A DNA stretch of 64,000 nt from Eledone cirrhosa (lineage: Eukaryota): NCBI GenBank assembly GCA_964016885.1, contig OZ024753.1:11532001-11596000 (forward strand), given 5' to 3'. Below, one piece after another: positions 1-12,809 of this stretch. The translations under genes were made by a program, and so were the position numbers. Under the pieces are notes generated by a model. The model did no database searches. It was not told the origin of the DNA and saw only the letters and a program-made list of their open reading frames with translations. Each line of letters opens with the position of its first letter. Position 1 is the first letter of the stretch.

Positions 1-79
1 CAAGCCATTTCGACTGCTATTTCTGAACTGAAATAGCCGTCGACACGGCTTGAGCTTTGCCGTTGGGGTTAAACATTTT

Positions 80-115
<36 letters not shown>

Positions 116-434
116 CACATATATACATATATATATATACATATATATACGTATACATGCATATATATATACATATATATGTATATATGCGTATACATGT
201 ATATACATTCATATATATATACCATACACAAAACGCCAGCACCAACAGTTTTGCAAGATATGTCAACATGAATGGACCTATTATTTTTATCTAAAGACAT
301 TTTTTCCAATTCCATCCCCTCAATCTACCTTATTTCTCATTCTTTCTTCTGGTGAAGAAGAACTAGTGTCCAAAACGTTAAGACCCTCTTCCTGCTATAT
401 CAAGCGTTAACCTAATATATGCCTTCCTCTCTTC

Positions 435-497
<63 letters not shown>

Positions 498-522
498 GTT
501 TCAGCTTATTATAGGAAATTAT

Positions 523-702
523 AATTGTTTCTACTTTTGGCACAAGGCCAGTAATTAACCAGTATATTACTGGTACTTTATTTTATCGACCCAGTAAGGA
601 AGAAAGGCAAAGTTAACCTCGGCGGGATTTGAACTCATAATGGAAAAGGCCGTAACTCTTTGCGTCAAAGCATGGCGTCCGACCCTCTACCGATACTGCC
701 AA
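523..702 (-). mobile_element. tRNA-derived SINE family 1
   Basis: The sense strand has an A box TGGCAGTATCGG, a B box GAGTTCAAATCC, a central gcctttcatcc..ggggtcgataaa..gtaccag domain (Meta-domain-like) and a tail ggccttgtgcc..agaaacaatt. Confidence 0.85.
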
Positions 703-1083
703 TAAAACTACTTTACTGTAATGTACATCGATCCCTTTTACGAGCTCCCAAATAGCACTTCAGTTGATCGTTATCTGAAGGTAAAGCTTATCTCAATAGT
801 TTGATAATGTGGAAATATGTATGTAGAGACACAAAGTCTGGATGATAGAATTATTTAGCAGAGATTTGAAATGATTCGTACTTCAAACGATACAAATGAT
901 TATACAGGGTCTTGCTTCTGTAGCATATTTTGTTTTTCAATAGATATCTTCTTCCATGTAGAAATCTCCAAGATGGCCGACTGATTATGAATGATCTTTT
1001 TTTGTTTTCCCCTTTTCTCCTTATTTTCCTCTTTCCTTCCGATTAGCATTTTTAATTTCTATTTATCTTCTATTGCTAACTCT

Positions 1084-1205
1084 ATCTTCTGAAGAAGGAG
1101 TAGTGTCCGAAACCTTACGACGTCCTTCCTGCTATTTCAAGCGTTAAACTAGTATATTTTTTCCATTTACTCCACCGTTTGTTTTGTTATTTGTGTTTAC
1201 CTTTT
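1084..1205 (+). mobile_element. Family C 3'-end remnant with degenerate minimal hammerhead (Penelope-like)
   Basis: CTGAAGA-A-GGA-gtagtg-TCC-GAAAC, then gcgttaaactagta and a T-rich tail into TA. Related copies lie at ~343-430 (+), ~33760-33845 (-), ~47668-47800 (-) and 32355-32394 (+, tail only). Confidence 0.45.
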
Positions 1206-2282
1206 ATATACATAGATATTTATTGACCCTACAAAATGGCTGTTTATACATATATTTTTCAATCCTCCAAACATTTGAACATTGCTTTAGACATAAAACA
1301 AGTGTATTTTATTATCGCCATTGAACGATTGTGAAAGAACGTTAAACAAGTTTGATATTGAGAACGGGGTGATTTTTACATCCTTGGCTGTGTAAAATAC
1401 TTCAGCTGCGCGCCATTGAGAAGATGGTGGGTTTGTATTCCAGTATGACACCGTGTGATACCTGCTATATCTGACGTTTTATTTCAGGCGTAAGGATACC
1501 TACCATTCGATTTGAAGCAGGGAAACTGGGGCCTAAGGAGCAAGGATACCGTAGGATTGAAACCGACAAGCAAAGAAATGATTCGGTCATTGAACCATAA
1601 ATTGGGCTTTCTACCAACTCAACTGCGCTGTGTATTTTTCAACAAAGTTTTGAGCTCTGCATGCATCGAAGACAGAGTTGCAATAGTTAGAGTTTCATTT
1701 GATATAACTACACCATTCAAACGACAAAACTTTGTGTAAAGGCTTTGTGATCAAATATGAGAGTCTGCAGATGTTACATATTATTGACGTCCCCCTTAAT
1801 GTAATTTTTTAAAGCCTGTTGATGAAAACAAACACACACTTCGGAGGCAAGAAAGTGGGAGCTGTCCAAAGACATTGCCAGTGGATCCACAGTGACATTT
1901 GTACAGTTGCGCAACGTGACATCAAGGCAAAAGTCAAGTAAGATGCCAGTGCTCTCGTCTTCCAGAAGGGTACTGGTTGACGAAGTAACTTCCCCACAGC
2001 ATTGATTCATTACGAGGCAATCGGATGTTCGGTGAAACTCTTTAAAAGATGATACCACACAATAATTTATCTCCTATTTCTTTATATGACTAAAATATTT
2101 GTATATACGGAAGACGTCCTCTCTTTGAAGCCGCTTTATTTTAATACACCTTTGTAATAATTATATTTATCAGGGTGATAGTATTTCCTAGCTGTGCACC
2201 CTGGGAACTCGTGTGTTGGGAAGAAAATATTATAACTGCCAATAAATTTAGTAACAGTCAACGAGTACTAAGTTCTATTTTT

Positions 2283-2321
<39 letters not shown>

Positions 2322-3048
2322 ATACTATTAAATCTGCGGCCACCACCACCACTACTACTAATAATACTACTACCACTATTTCCCTCTCTAAATGCTCATC
2401 GTCGAACATCAACTGAGAAACCACAAGTAACACTTTGTATGCGAAATACGTGTTGTGCTTCTTTCTTTTTGAAAAAAGTCTATTTCAGTCGAAAGCATTC
2501 TCCATGATTTATATTTGTATAAGTAAAGTTTTATTAAGTTATATAGGTGAACCCTGAGGGCAGATTACGTAAGTATGTCTTGGATCTGTATTGTCTAGCA
2601 GAGTCATAGAAACTTTACAACAGAATTATCAGAAATTATCGAATGAATATATCGACTAGATTTGTTCATTTGCGGAACTCTTAAAATGATGCGGCAATTA
2701 ACATAGTGGTTAGGTCGACATAAATAGATTAGATTAGTACTGGTTTATTAGTAAGTGAGGTTGTGTACTGTGTAATGAAGCTTGCACTTACTATATCTTC
2801 CAAACATTCATCTAGAGTTTCTTTTAATGGCGGACTTGGAAAACTTACTAATTAGGTGTCATTATAGAAATTAATTTCCAGAGGAGCTATGCGCTTTTCC
2901 CACTTGGCATTTGACATGGGAATCATGAAATACACGAACAATCACAGTGACACACACACTCATACAGACATACAACCACATATACATACACACATATACA
3001 TACAAAGGGACACAAAGAGAGAACTCGTACGAAGATATTAAGTTAAAC

Positions 3049-3087
<39 letters not shown>

Positions 3088-3138
3088 ACACACACATATT
3101 TGCACACACAAATACACACACACATAAAGTTAAACATT

Positions 3139-3316
3139 TTGGCAGTATCGGTAGAGGGTCGGACGCCATGCTTTCCAGCATAGTTACGTCCCTTTATGAT
3201 TTGAGTTCAAATCCCGCCGAGGTTGACTTTGCCTTTCATCCTTACGGGGTCGATAAAATAAAGTACCAGTAATGCACTGGGTAATTGCTGGCCTTGTGCC
3301 TAAAGTAGAAACAATT
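3139..3316 (+). mobile_element. tRNA-derived SINE family 1
   Basis: Near full-length match to the other copies, with A and B boxes. Confidence 0.85.
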
Positions 3317-3411
3317 ATATATATATAAATACACACACACACATATACACACACAAATACACACATACACATATACACACACATATATACACACACACAC
3401 AAATACACACG

Positions 3412-3464
<53 letters not shown>

Positions 3465-4189
3465 CATGATTAAGAGAGAGGAACAACGAGTCATGGACCA
3501 TTATATCTTTACAATTAGCTGGAATGTTTGTTTGTCAAAATGTAAACTATACACGATTATATTTATTTTAAATTGAATTTGAAATTAAATACTCTATCTT
3601 TGATTTCTATCTCTATTAATATGTTGTTACAAAGCAATAGAACATTCTCGTCATGTAATAGTCGGACTATAGTCACTATGTTGTATCATTCATAGTATAG
3701 TCTATCATTCATAGTATATTATATCATTCATAGTCTATTCTATCATTCATATTGTAATTAAACGAGTAGGAAACAGTTTGAAATATCTATGTATCCCAAG
3801 AGGAAGAGCTCATCGATTAAATTTAAAGTGAATTTAATATTAAGAACAAAATTGTGACATGAAGCATTCATGGGAAATTATTTTTTCTGGAATTATATTT
3901 AATTTGAATGTTTTAAATTCATCTTTTGCGATTTACTTTGACACATCATCAAATATCTATCATTACTGAGGGTCGTTTATTGTTTCGGTGATTTCAAGAA
4001 CCAGACACAGACACATTAATTTTGATTGTGGTGCACAAATGAAACAGTCAAAGTTAATGTCGCCTCAACATATTTCTGAGTTCCACTACAATAGTAGCCA
4101 TATTCCCTCCTTCACTCATCATAAAACATCTCATGCTGCTTCCATACGCCACTTGTTGGCCTTTTCTTTTCTGGTCCCTGTGCACATAA

Positions 4190-4378
4190 TAATTGTTCCT
4201 ACTTTTGGCACAAGGCCATCAATTAGCCCAGTGTATTACTGGTACTTAATTTTATCGACCCTGTAAGGATGCAAAGTTAACCTCGGCAGGATTTGAACTC
4301 TGATAATAAAGGGCCGTAACTCATTGCTGCAAAGCATGGCGTGCGACCCTCTACCGATACTACCAATCCACTGCCCTG
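4190..4378 (-). mobile_element. tRNA-derived SINE family 1
   Basis: Full-length copy. Confidence 0.85.
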
Positions 4379-4526
4379 TGTATATAATAATAATATCAAA
4401 CTATATTAAAAATTGAATATTGTAAAAAAAAATATATATATTTTAAATAACATGGCAAACAAAATGTAAAACATTTAAAGCTCATGACGATATAGTAAAT
4501 GTAGAAAAACTGTTTCAGTGTGAAAT

Positions 4527-4618
4527 AATTGTTTCTACTTTAGGCACAAGGCCAGCAATTACCCAGTACATTACTGGTACTTTATTTCATCGACCCCGTA
4601 AGGATGAAAGGCAAAGTT
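4527..4618 (-). mobile_element. 5'-truncated SINE family 1 with target-site duplication
   Basis: tgtgaaataat occurs on both sides. Confidence 0.8.
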
Positions 4619-5110
4619 TGTGAAATAATGACTCCAGATATTTTAGCACCTTATTTACATAGAATTTGAAGTTGGTGAAAATCGTTAAAATATTGACCCC
4701 GAATATAAGACGGGTCCATTTAAGCATCAATATCTTGTCACATACTCCTTGGCTTATACACGAGTATATATGGTATTTAATTCACAAATACAATAATCAG
4801 TAAAGCACAGTAAAGAAATATTCATTAAAGGCGATTCCTTACTGAACAATTGATGGGATATTTTGATAAATTTGGTCTTGGAAACAAAATTCTATCATTA
4901 TAGCTTGAACATCTTTGGATATGGATCCAGTCAATCAAGGCAATCAAACATACGATTAAACGTCAGAAGTAACAACCGTAAAAAGCAACATCACAGAAAA
5001 CATTGCTGTAACTTCACCATCAGTCTAATGGGGTTTAGTCAAGAACGTTAAAGAAAATGTTTGGCTCCTATGGAGAATGTCGGGAAAACTATGTCCTATA
5101 ACATGCAGCA

Positions 5111-5171
<61 letters not shown>

Positions 5172-5245
5172 CATACATACATGATGATTGCTACTTCTTG
5201 TCAGAAAAATATATTATTAATAATAATAATAACCATGATAATAAT

Positions 5246-5820
5246 GTCCAGAGCTTGCAAAAACTGACTAAATTAACTAAAGACACAACCGCATTACCAA
5301 ATATGTGTACTGGATGCTCTGCCGCTCTCATGGCATCCAAACTTCTAACAAATGGTATGAACATCAACCAAAAACAGTCATGCAAAATGGCAAAATATCC
5401 ATCTTGTGGGATATGCCGGTGATATCAGACCAGATATCATCATCAAATCAAAACAGATCGGACATGTAGCCTTATAGATATTTCCCTACCAGCTGACAAG
5501 AACACATCTATAAAAACAATGGAAAAACTGTCAAAATACAAAGTCCTGGAAATAGAGATCAGCCGCATGTGGAGGAAGACCACAAACACTGTCCCTGTGG
5601 TAACAGATCATTATGATTAATACCCAAGTCCTCAGATCTGCACCTTAACGTCCTTCCTTGCAAGATCAGCAAATATGAGCTACAGGAGATCAGGCTACTA
5701 GGAAGAGCACACATTCTCAGACGAGTTCTCTCTCTACAACGAGAGCCTCTATTGCTCTAGGTTCAAGGCCTGATCCCAGCAGTAGAGAAACTGAACTGAG
5801 CTAAACGAAATAACACAACA
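5246..5820 (+). pseudogene. 5'-truncated R4/Dong-clade non-LTR retrotransposon, C-terminal restriction-like endonuclease remnant
   Basis: Frameshifted translation gives KWYEHQPKTV, ISILWDMPV, RPDIIIK, RTCSLIDISLPADKNTSIKTMEKLSKYKVLEIEISRMW, TVPVV and LLGRAHILRRVLS. It is flanked by (TAA)n, the known Dong target. Confidence 0.8.
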
Positions 5821-5959
5821 ATAATAATGACGATTTCGTTATTAGCCACACAGGGCTCACATTAAGGAGACATTAAAAACGGTACAGGGCGATACAGTGT
5901 GGGTTTTGCTTGTGTAAAATAGAATTTATAACAGATATAATAATACTAATAATAATAAT

Positions 5960-6147
5960 AATTGTTTCTACTTTAGGCACAAGGCCAGCAATTACCCAGT
6001 GCATTACTGGTACTTTATTTTATCGACCCCGTAAGGATGAAAGGCAAAGTCAACCTCGGCGGGATTTGAACTCAGATCGTAAAGGGACGTAACTATGCTG
6101 GAAAGCATGGCGTCCGACCCTCTACCGATACTGCCAATCCACCACCC

Positions 6148-6198
<51 letters not shown>

Positions 6199-6317
6199 TT
6201 AATAATGATAATAATAATAATTGTTTCTATTTTTGGCACAAGGCCAGCAAATAACCAGTGCATTACTGGTACTTTATTTTATCTACCCCGTAAGAATGAA
6301 AGGCAAAGTTAACCTCG
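5960..6317 (-). mobile_element. Full SINE (5960-6149) plus truncated SINE (6219-6317) in a (TAA)n tract
   Basis: Consensus matches separated by (AAT)n. Confidence 0.85.
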
Positions 6318-6329
6318 AAGATGATGAAG

Positions 6330-7850
6330 AAGATGATAGTTTTGTTGGAAAAATAATTGTGTATTTGACACAAAATCTACGAAGAAGGATTTCTTGAAAG
6401 AAACTCCTTTATTTTACCTTCAAATGGCTGACATATTGCAAAGCAAATGGATACAAAGAAAAACCGGAAGTTAGAAAAGGAATAAATTCAATGTACATTG
6501 AGAAAAATAATTCCTAATTTTAGCGGGTTTTTCGTGCAAACATTTGCACGTTGTTTGTAAAAAGACTTTCCCAGATAATAGGAGGCGTGATTTAAACAGT
6601 CACTAAACATATAACACAGAGAAGTAGAAGGAAAACCGAAGCTAGCTTTTGAGTTCGAGCTGCATGAAAAATACCTGATTGGGAAAAGTGAAGAATTCAA
6701 AAGAAGACACACTAAACTCGTTACAAGCTTTTGAGAATCATTACAAGCATTTGGCGATGAAAGAAACGGCACCAAAGGTTATGCTTTGTCTTAAAATATT
6801 TGTAAAAGTACAATACATTAAATTATCAAAGCATTCAATTATAAAACGTAGCGAATGATTATTGTATGATGTATCATATCGATTAAAAGACATTAACTCA
6901 AATTGTACCTTTTTTAAAATTATATTTCTATTTAAAACAAAAAACACGTTAGTTATTGTACTGGCGATGTTTCTTTGATGAGTGACAATGTCTTTGCAAG
7001 AATGATATTGAACTTCTACTAAAATATCACTGAATAAAATAGCAAGTGTCGTTGTGCTGGAAAATGTTAAACTTGCAGCATGATATGTTAGCAGTTATGA
7101 AATACATTAATATAATTTAAAGCGACAAGAATTCAGAGAATCTTAGAAAATATTAGATTAGAATATGGCGAGTTTCTTCTTAGTGATAGCTTTGGCTTTC
7201 TAGACGAAACTTTCTAAGCAATGTTTGGACATTGATGAATATAATATTTAGTTTTGAAGAACAAATAAAAAAACTCGAGGGAAGATCCCAGCTATGTGAT
7301 TATATTTGGTTATTGGATTAAGTTTTCTATTTGATATAAAGGGTCAACAAAATGATCTGAAGTTGGAAAGTCACGAATAAATTGCTTCCCAGCTAAATAT
7401 CTGATATTTAGACAACATGAAAATTATACACGAGTTATAAAATTAACATTAAAAGCAGTTTCTGGACTTAAAAGATCAGCGATTGTACTGAGGATGATGT
7501 CAGTCGAAAACAAAATAAACATCAGATAGCTGCCTGATTCTTTCAAGTGTCTTTCAAAGCCGAATGTTTCATTCATTCATAAACACATTTTCACTTTATG
7601 AACAAAAAACATCAGGATCCAAAGTAACATAAAAATGAAACTAGAAAGGAAATCCATTATTGAAAATGAAATTCGATGAGCGTCCCTCAATTCTAATTAA
7701 TATTGATATCAATCTGGCGATCGTTATCTAGAGAAAATATTTCATCTGCCTTTTTGAGATTGATGAAAATCAAAACGAGGTCGCTAATTCGAATTTGAAG
7801 AATTCTCTGCTGCTCAAAGTAAGCAATGTAAATTAAAACATTAAAATCTT
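6330..7850 (+). pseudogene. Possible highly decayed hAT (Charlie/Buster-like) transposase
   Basis: Faint motif remnants appear in the expected order: SLMSDNVFAR (~6975), ALAFLDE (~7190), CTED (~7485), FIH (~7575), R-LSR (~7725). Many stops and frameshifts. Confidence 0.3.
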
Positions 7851-8332
7851 AGCGAAATCAAATCAGGATCAAAAGCTCCTATAATAATAAATGAATGATT
7901 TCATTGTTTCTATATTAAATCATTATCGTAGCATGAATAAATGCTAACTCTGATTTCCATATATAAAAATCCATGTCCTTTTCTGTTCCATTTTGCAGGC
8001 CACAATTTTCTATCCAAGAGGAACAATTAGATCTAGCTAACTTTTGGTGGACTACGCGACATTTAATAGCTTTCGATACGAGTCGATCCAATTTTTTTTC
8101 TTTTAACGAGAATTGGGAAGGTGACATCCATAATTTTGAAGAACAGTGAAGACGCGACAAGGGAAGCGACTCAACAAAATAAGCCCTAATTATCTCCCTT
8201 GTAGACTCTATGTTTTAAGGTTCATTAATAAACGGATTGGATTATTCAAATACATTTGATAATAGGTTATAAGCTTTAAAAAATCATTAGAACATCTGAC
8301 TGATAAAATGACAAGTCAGTCAATCATATTGG

Positions 8333-8460
8333 TGGCGTCCCCACAGCCCCAGCGGACAGAATGGAGAAGGCGTTTCCCCGGGGGACCGCAAGGGAGACGC
8401 GCTGGAAACACTCGCGAGGCTCACACCTGCGGCTGGCCAGCTCAGCACCTATGGTGGTAT
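8333..8460 (-). mobile_element. Third fragment of the CRE-like element
   Basis: The reverse complement matches gctgagctgg-cagccgcaggtgtgagcctcgc and aaacgccttctccattctgtccgc of 43755-43870. Confidence 0.7.
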
Positions 8461-8514
8461 CGTTTAGTATAATTTTTTCATAAAATTGTTGAACTTGTGC
8501 CTAAATCAGGAACC

Positions 8515-8672
8515 ATACCAGTAATGCACTGGGTATTTGCTGGCCTTGTGCCAAATGTAGAAACAATTATTACTAGGTTAATTTTACCTTTGATCCTTAC
8601 GAGGTCGATACAATAAAGTACCAGTAATGCACTGAAATAATTGCTGGCCTTGTGCCAAAAGTAGAAACAATT
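8515..8672 (+). mobile_element. Two tandem 3' fragments of SINE family 1
   Basis: taccagtaatgcactg...agaaacaatt occurs twice. Confidence 0.75.
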
Positions 8673-9095
8673 ATTTTGGTTCATTTTTGTAAATTTCAAA
8701 CATTTAATTCATTTACAAACTCCGAATAAATGAAAGGCAACGTTGCTCTCGGGTAGTTCTGGTCTCAGACCACAAAGACCCTGAACACACATCGTAAACC
8801 AATTCGTCCTCTAAAACCTTGTATGTGTCTAAAGTTTAACCTACGAGGACTTGATGCTCCATCAACTTTACCTTTTCCAAGGGTAATTTATCAGATATAT
8901 TTAATGGAAGCGATGACATTTGAACCAGAGAATGTGTCGCAACATGGCAAACTAAGTACATTAGTGATATATCGGTCCAGAGGAGACCCTACTGACTTGT
9001 GGGCATATTGTCATCACTTGTCATAGGATATCTCACTATAGATACAGAGAAAGTGGTGTACGTGACCAGATGGACAAGCTGTCATTATAATCCTT

Positions 9096-9273
9096 TTGGC
9101 AGTATCGGTAGAGGGTCGGACGCCATGCTTTCCAGCATAGTTACGTCCCTTTACGATCTGAGTTCAAATCCCGCCGAGGTTGACTTTGCCTTTCATCCTT
9201 ACGGGGTCGATAAAATATAGTACCAGTAATGCACTGGGTAATTGCTGGCCTTGTGCCTAACGTAGAAACAATT
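9096..9273 (+). mobile_element. tRNA-derived SINE family 1
   Basis: Near full-length, close to the 3139 and 5960 copies. Confidence 0.85.
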
Positions 9274-9359
9274 ATAATCCTGCAATATACATTAAGTCGG
9301 CTAGTTATAAGTAATTATGAATCACTACCTCCTTACGGACAACTGACGCTGCACTATAG

Positions 9360-9630
9360 GTGCGAACACAGAAGAGCCGAACACCCACGGTCATCGCCTC
9401 CATCTCTCTGACCCACACCATCTCTCTCTTTTATGAGCACATGGGGTCCCACGTGCTGGCCGCCCCACGGCTCCGGCAGACGGAATGGAGAACGCTTTTC
9501 CCCGGAGGATGGTAAGTGAGATGCGAGGCGAGAACCAACGGCTAGTCAGCTCAGCGTCTATAGTGGTATTAGGGAGGTAGCCCTAGGGCCAAGGACACCA
9601 GAGGTCTCCACTGCTAGGGGCTCGACTGCA
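9360..9630 (-). mobile_element. Shorter copy of the CRE-like 3' end
   Basis: The reverse complement shares ctggtgtccttggccctagggctacctcc, atagacgctgagctg, gtggggcggccagcac and gttcggctctt with 43720-43975. Confidence 0.75.
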
Positions 9631-9753
9631 ATATTCGTAATTATTCAATATCATTATAGCCATTAATTAAATTTTAAAATCTTTGAAACCGTAACTCCAA
9701 TTAATACATACATAAAACTCCATGGATACACCCACACGGCCACCTACAGACCA

Positions 9754-9948
9754 AGGGCGGTAGGTAGGCAGTATCGGTAGAGCGTGAGACACCATGCTTT
9801 GCAGCATAGAGTTATGGCTCTTTACGTTCTGAGTTCAAATTCCGCTACGGTTAACTTTGCTTTTCATCGTTACGGTGGGACCGATACAATGAAGTACCAG
9901 TAATACACTGGGGTAATTGATGGCCTTGCACCAAAATTAGAAACAATT
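9754..9948 (+). mobile_element. tRNA-derived SINE family 1 (diverged)
   Basis: agggcggt..ggcagtatcggtagag..gagttcaaattccgc..agaaacaatt. Confidence 0.8.
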
Positions 9949-10119
9949 ATTACAGTCATTCATATATTATTACTCCATTTCATAGATCAGATTGAATCTC
10001 ATATGTCTTCCCCCACCTCATAATATTGTGAAGTATAGACCCCCTTCGGTCACAAGTGACCATGGGATATGTACCTAGAAAGTTCCCCTCCCAGGAACAA
10101 GTAAGGGCAAGGCTGTTTG

Positions 10120-10370
10120 TGGAAGACCAGCAGTCCCCCATCCATACCAGCCCCTCCTCTTTACGCCACCGATGATGTCCAAGAGAACGGCAATGGCCGA
10201 TACAGCTTGGCACCAAGTGACGCCGCAAATCGTTTCTACAGCTGAGTGAACTGGCGCAACGTGAAATAAAGTGTCTTGGTCAAGGACACAACGCATCACC
10301 CGGTCCGAGAATCGAACTCACAACCTTCCGATTGCAAGCCCAATGTTTTAACCACTAAATCATGCACCTT
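10120..10370 (-). mobile_element. tRNA-derived SINE family 2 (CORE-like domain)
   Basis: Sense strand reads ggtgcatgatttagtggtta..gagttcgattc..gttgtgtccttgaccaagacactttatttcac. Related copies at ~33480-33690 (+) and ~42370-42480 (+). Confidence 0.7.
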
Positions 10371-10524
10371 CACTCATCTACAACACCACAACATCAACAA
10401 CATATAAATGGGTTCTAATATATAAACAAAAGACAGTTGTTTTGTTTTGTTTTTAGTTTTTCGATGACTCAATGAAAAGCTCAATGAAGGGCACGAAATT
10501 CAATCAGTTCCTCACCACAATCTG

Positions 10525-11015
10525 CCCCAGTTGCCAGTCACACCCTATTCCCAGTCCTTCGCATTCTCAGTGACCCACTCCCTCCTATTCTCAGTCACTC
10601 TCACCTCTATTCCCACTCTCTCCCCCACCTCTATTCTCAGTCACCCTCCCCTATTCCCAAATGCCCCATATTGCCAGTCACCCATCCCTATTCCCACTCA
10701 CTTCCCCATTCCTATAAACCCAGCCACACTCCCCTCTCCTTATTCCCACACTCACCCACCAATTCCCAGTCACACACTCCTACCCCTATTCTCACCCTCT
10801 CCCCATATTCCCACTTATTCACCCTCTTACCATATTCCCTGTCACACACTCACCTCCCCCTTTTCCCATATACCCACCCCTTTTCCCTTATTTCCACCTA
10901 CTCCCCCCCTATTGCCAGTCACACTCCCCATATTCCCACTCCGCCAGTCTCACTCCACCTCCCCCTGTCACTCCACCATCCTCTGTGTCTACTCCCCCCA
11001 TCACTATTCTAACCA
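10525..11015. repeat. Degenerate pyrimidine-rich repeat (ccctattcccactc-like)
   Basis: Recurrent tattccc/tattctc motif. Confidence 0.75.
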
Positions 11016-11114
11016 CCTCCTCTACAAATCTAGGTCTCCTACAACTTAGTTAAACTAAGTCATTAGCAGGTAAGAGGTAAAGAAACATATGACACAGACA
11101 CGTGAATCATGGGA

Positions 11115-12760
11115 CAGTGGTGGTGGTGTAGTGGTGGTGGTGGTGTGGTGCTGGTGGTGTGGTGGTGTGGTTGTGGTCTGGTGGTGTGGTGGTGGTGGTG
11201 TGGTGGTGGTGGTGGTGTGGTGGTGATGTGGTGGTGCTGGTGGTGTGGTGGTGCTGGTGGTGCTGGTGGTGGTGTGGTGGTGTGGTGGTGGTGGTTGTGT
11301 GGTGGTGCTGGTGGTGGTGGTGGTGTGGTGGTGATGTGGTGGTGCTGGTGGTGTGGTGGTGTGGTGGTGGTGGTGGTGGTGGTGGTGTGGTGGTGCTGGT
11401 GGTGGTGTGGTGGTGATGTGGTGGTGCTGGTGGTGGTGGTGTGGTGGTGTGGTGGTGTGGTGTGGTGGTGTGGTGGTGTGGTGGTGTGGTGTGGTGGTGT
11501 GGTGGTGGTGCTGGTGGTGTGGTGGTGCTGGTGGTGGTGTGGTGGTGGTGGTGGTGGTGTGGTGGTGGTGGTGGTGGTGGTGGTGATGTGGTGGTGCTGG
11601 TGGTGTGGTGGTGATGTGGTGGTGCTGGTGGTGTGGTGGTGCTGGTGGTGTGGTGGTGTGGTGGTGGTCTGGTGGTGGTGGTGTGGTGGTGTGGTGGTGG
11701 TGGTGGTGTGGTGGTGATGTGGTGGTGCTGGTGGTGCTGGTGGTGGTGTGGTGGTGTGGTGGTGGTGGTTGTGTGGTGGTGCTGGTGGTGGTGGTGGTGG
11801 TGTGGTGGTGATGTGGTGGTGCTGGTGGTGTGGTGGTGGTGTGGTGGTGTGGTGGTGGTGGTGGTGGTGGTGGTGGTGGTGGTGTGATGGTGCTCGTGGT
11901 GGTGTGGTGGTGATGTGGTGGTGCTGGTGGTGGTGGTGTGGTGGTGTGGTGGTGTGGTGTGGTGGTGTGGTGGTGGTGCTGGTGGTGTGGTGGTGCTGGT
12001 GGTGGTGTGGTGGTGGTGGTGGTGGTGTGGTGGTGGTGGTGGTGTGGTGGTGATGTGGTGGTGCTGGTGGTGTGGTGGTGATGTGGTGGTGGTGTGGTGG
12101 TGCTGGTGGTGGTGTGGTGGTGGTGGTGTTGGTGTTGGTTTTGCTGGTGTTGGTGTTGGTGGTGGGTGTGGTGGTGTTGGTGGTGATGGTGGTGTTGGTG
12201 GTGGGTGTGGTGGTGCTGGTGGTGGTGGTGGTGGGTGTGGTGGTGTTGCTGGTGCTGGTGTTGGTGGTGTTGGTGGTGGTGCTGGTGGTGCTGGTGGTGT
12301 TGGTGGTGCTGGTGGGTGTGGCGGTGTTGGTGGTGCTGGTGCTGGTTGTGTTGGTGGTGCTGGTGTTGGTGGTGTTGGTTGTGTTGGTTGTGTTGGTGGG
12401 TGTGGTGGTGCTGGTGGTGCTGGTGCTGGTTGTGTTGGTGGTGGTGGTGCTGGTGGTGTTGGTGGTGGGTGTGGTGGTGTTGCTGGTGCTGGTTGTGTTG
12501 GTGGTGGTGGTGCTGGTGGTCCTAGTGTTGGTGGTGCTGGTGGTGGCGGTGGTGCTAGTGTTGTTGTTGTTGTTGCTGGTGGTGGTGCTGGTGCTAATGT
12601 TGGTGGTAGTGGTGCTGGTGGTGCTGGTGGTGGCGGTGGTGGTGGCGGTGGTGCTAGTGTTGGTGGTAGTGGTGCTGGTGGTGCTAGTGTTGGTGGTGCT
12701 GGTGGTTGTGTTGGTGGTGGCGGTGGTGCTAGTGTTGGTGGTGGTGGTGGTGGTTGTGAT
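11115..12760. repeat. Degenerate (GGT)n tract
   Basis: Low complexity; the ORFs here are artefactual. Confidence 0.95.
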
Positions 12761-12809
12761 GAAGTCTTTCAATTCAGGTTAGGGACACCTTTCATAAAAT
12801 TTCAATCTA

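Noticed and set aside
1600-2050. Decayed Helitron Pif1 helicase (NTHFGGKKV at ~1830-1860)
   Set aside because: Only one short motif is recognisable and no Walker A motif is visible. It needs an HMM search.
3139-3215. tRNA gene (A and B boxes)
   Set aside because: It is a SINE head. There is no cloverleaf and it continues into the SINE body in many copies.
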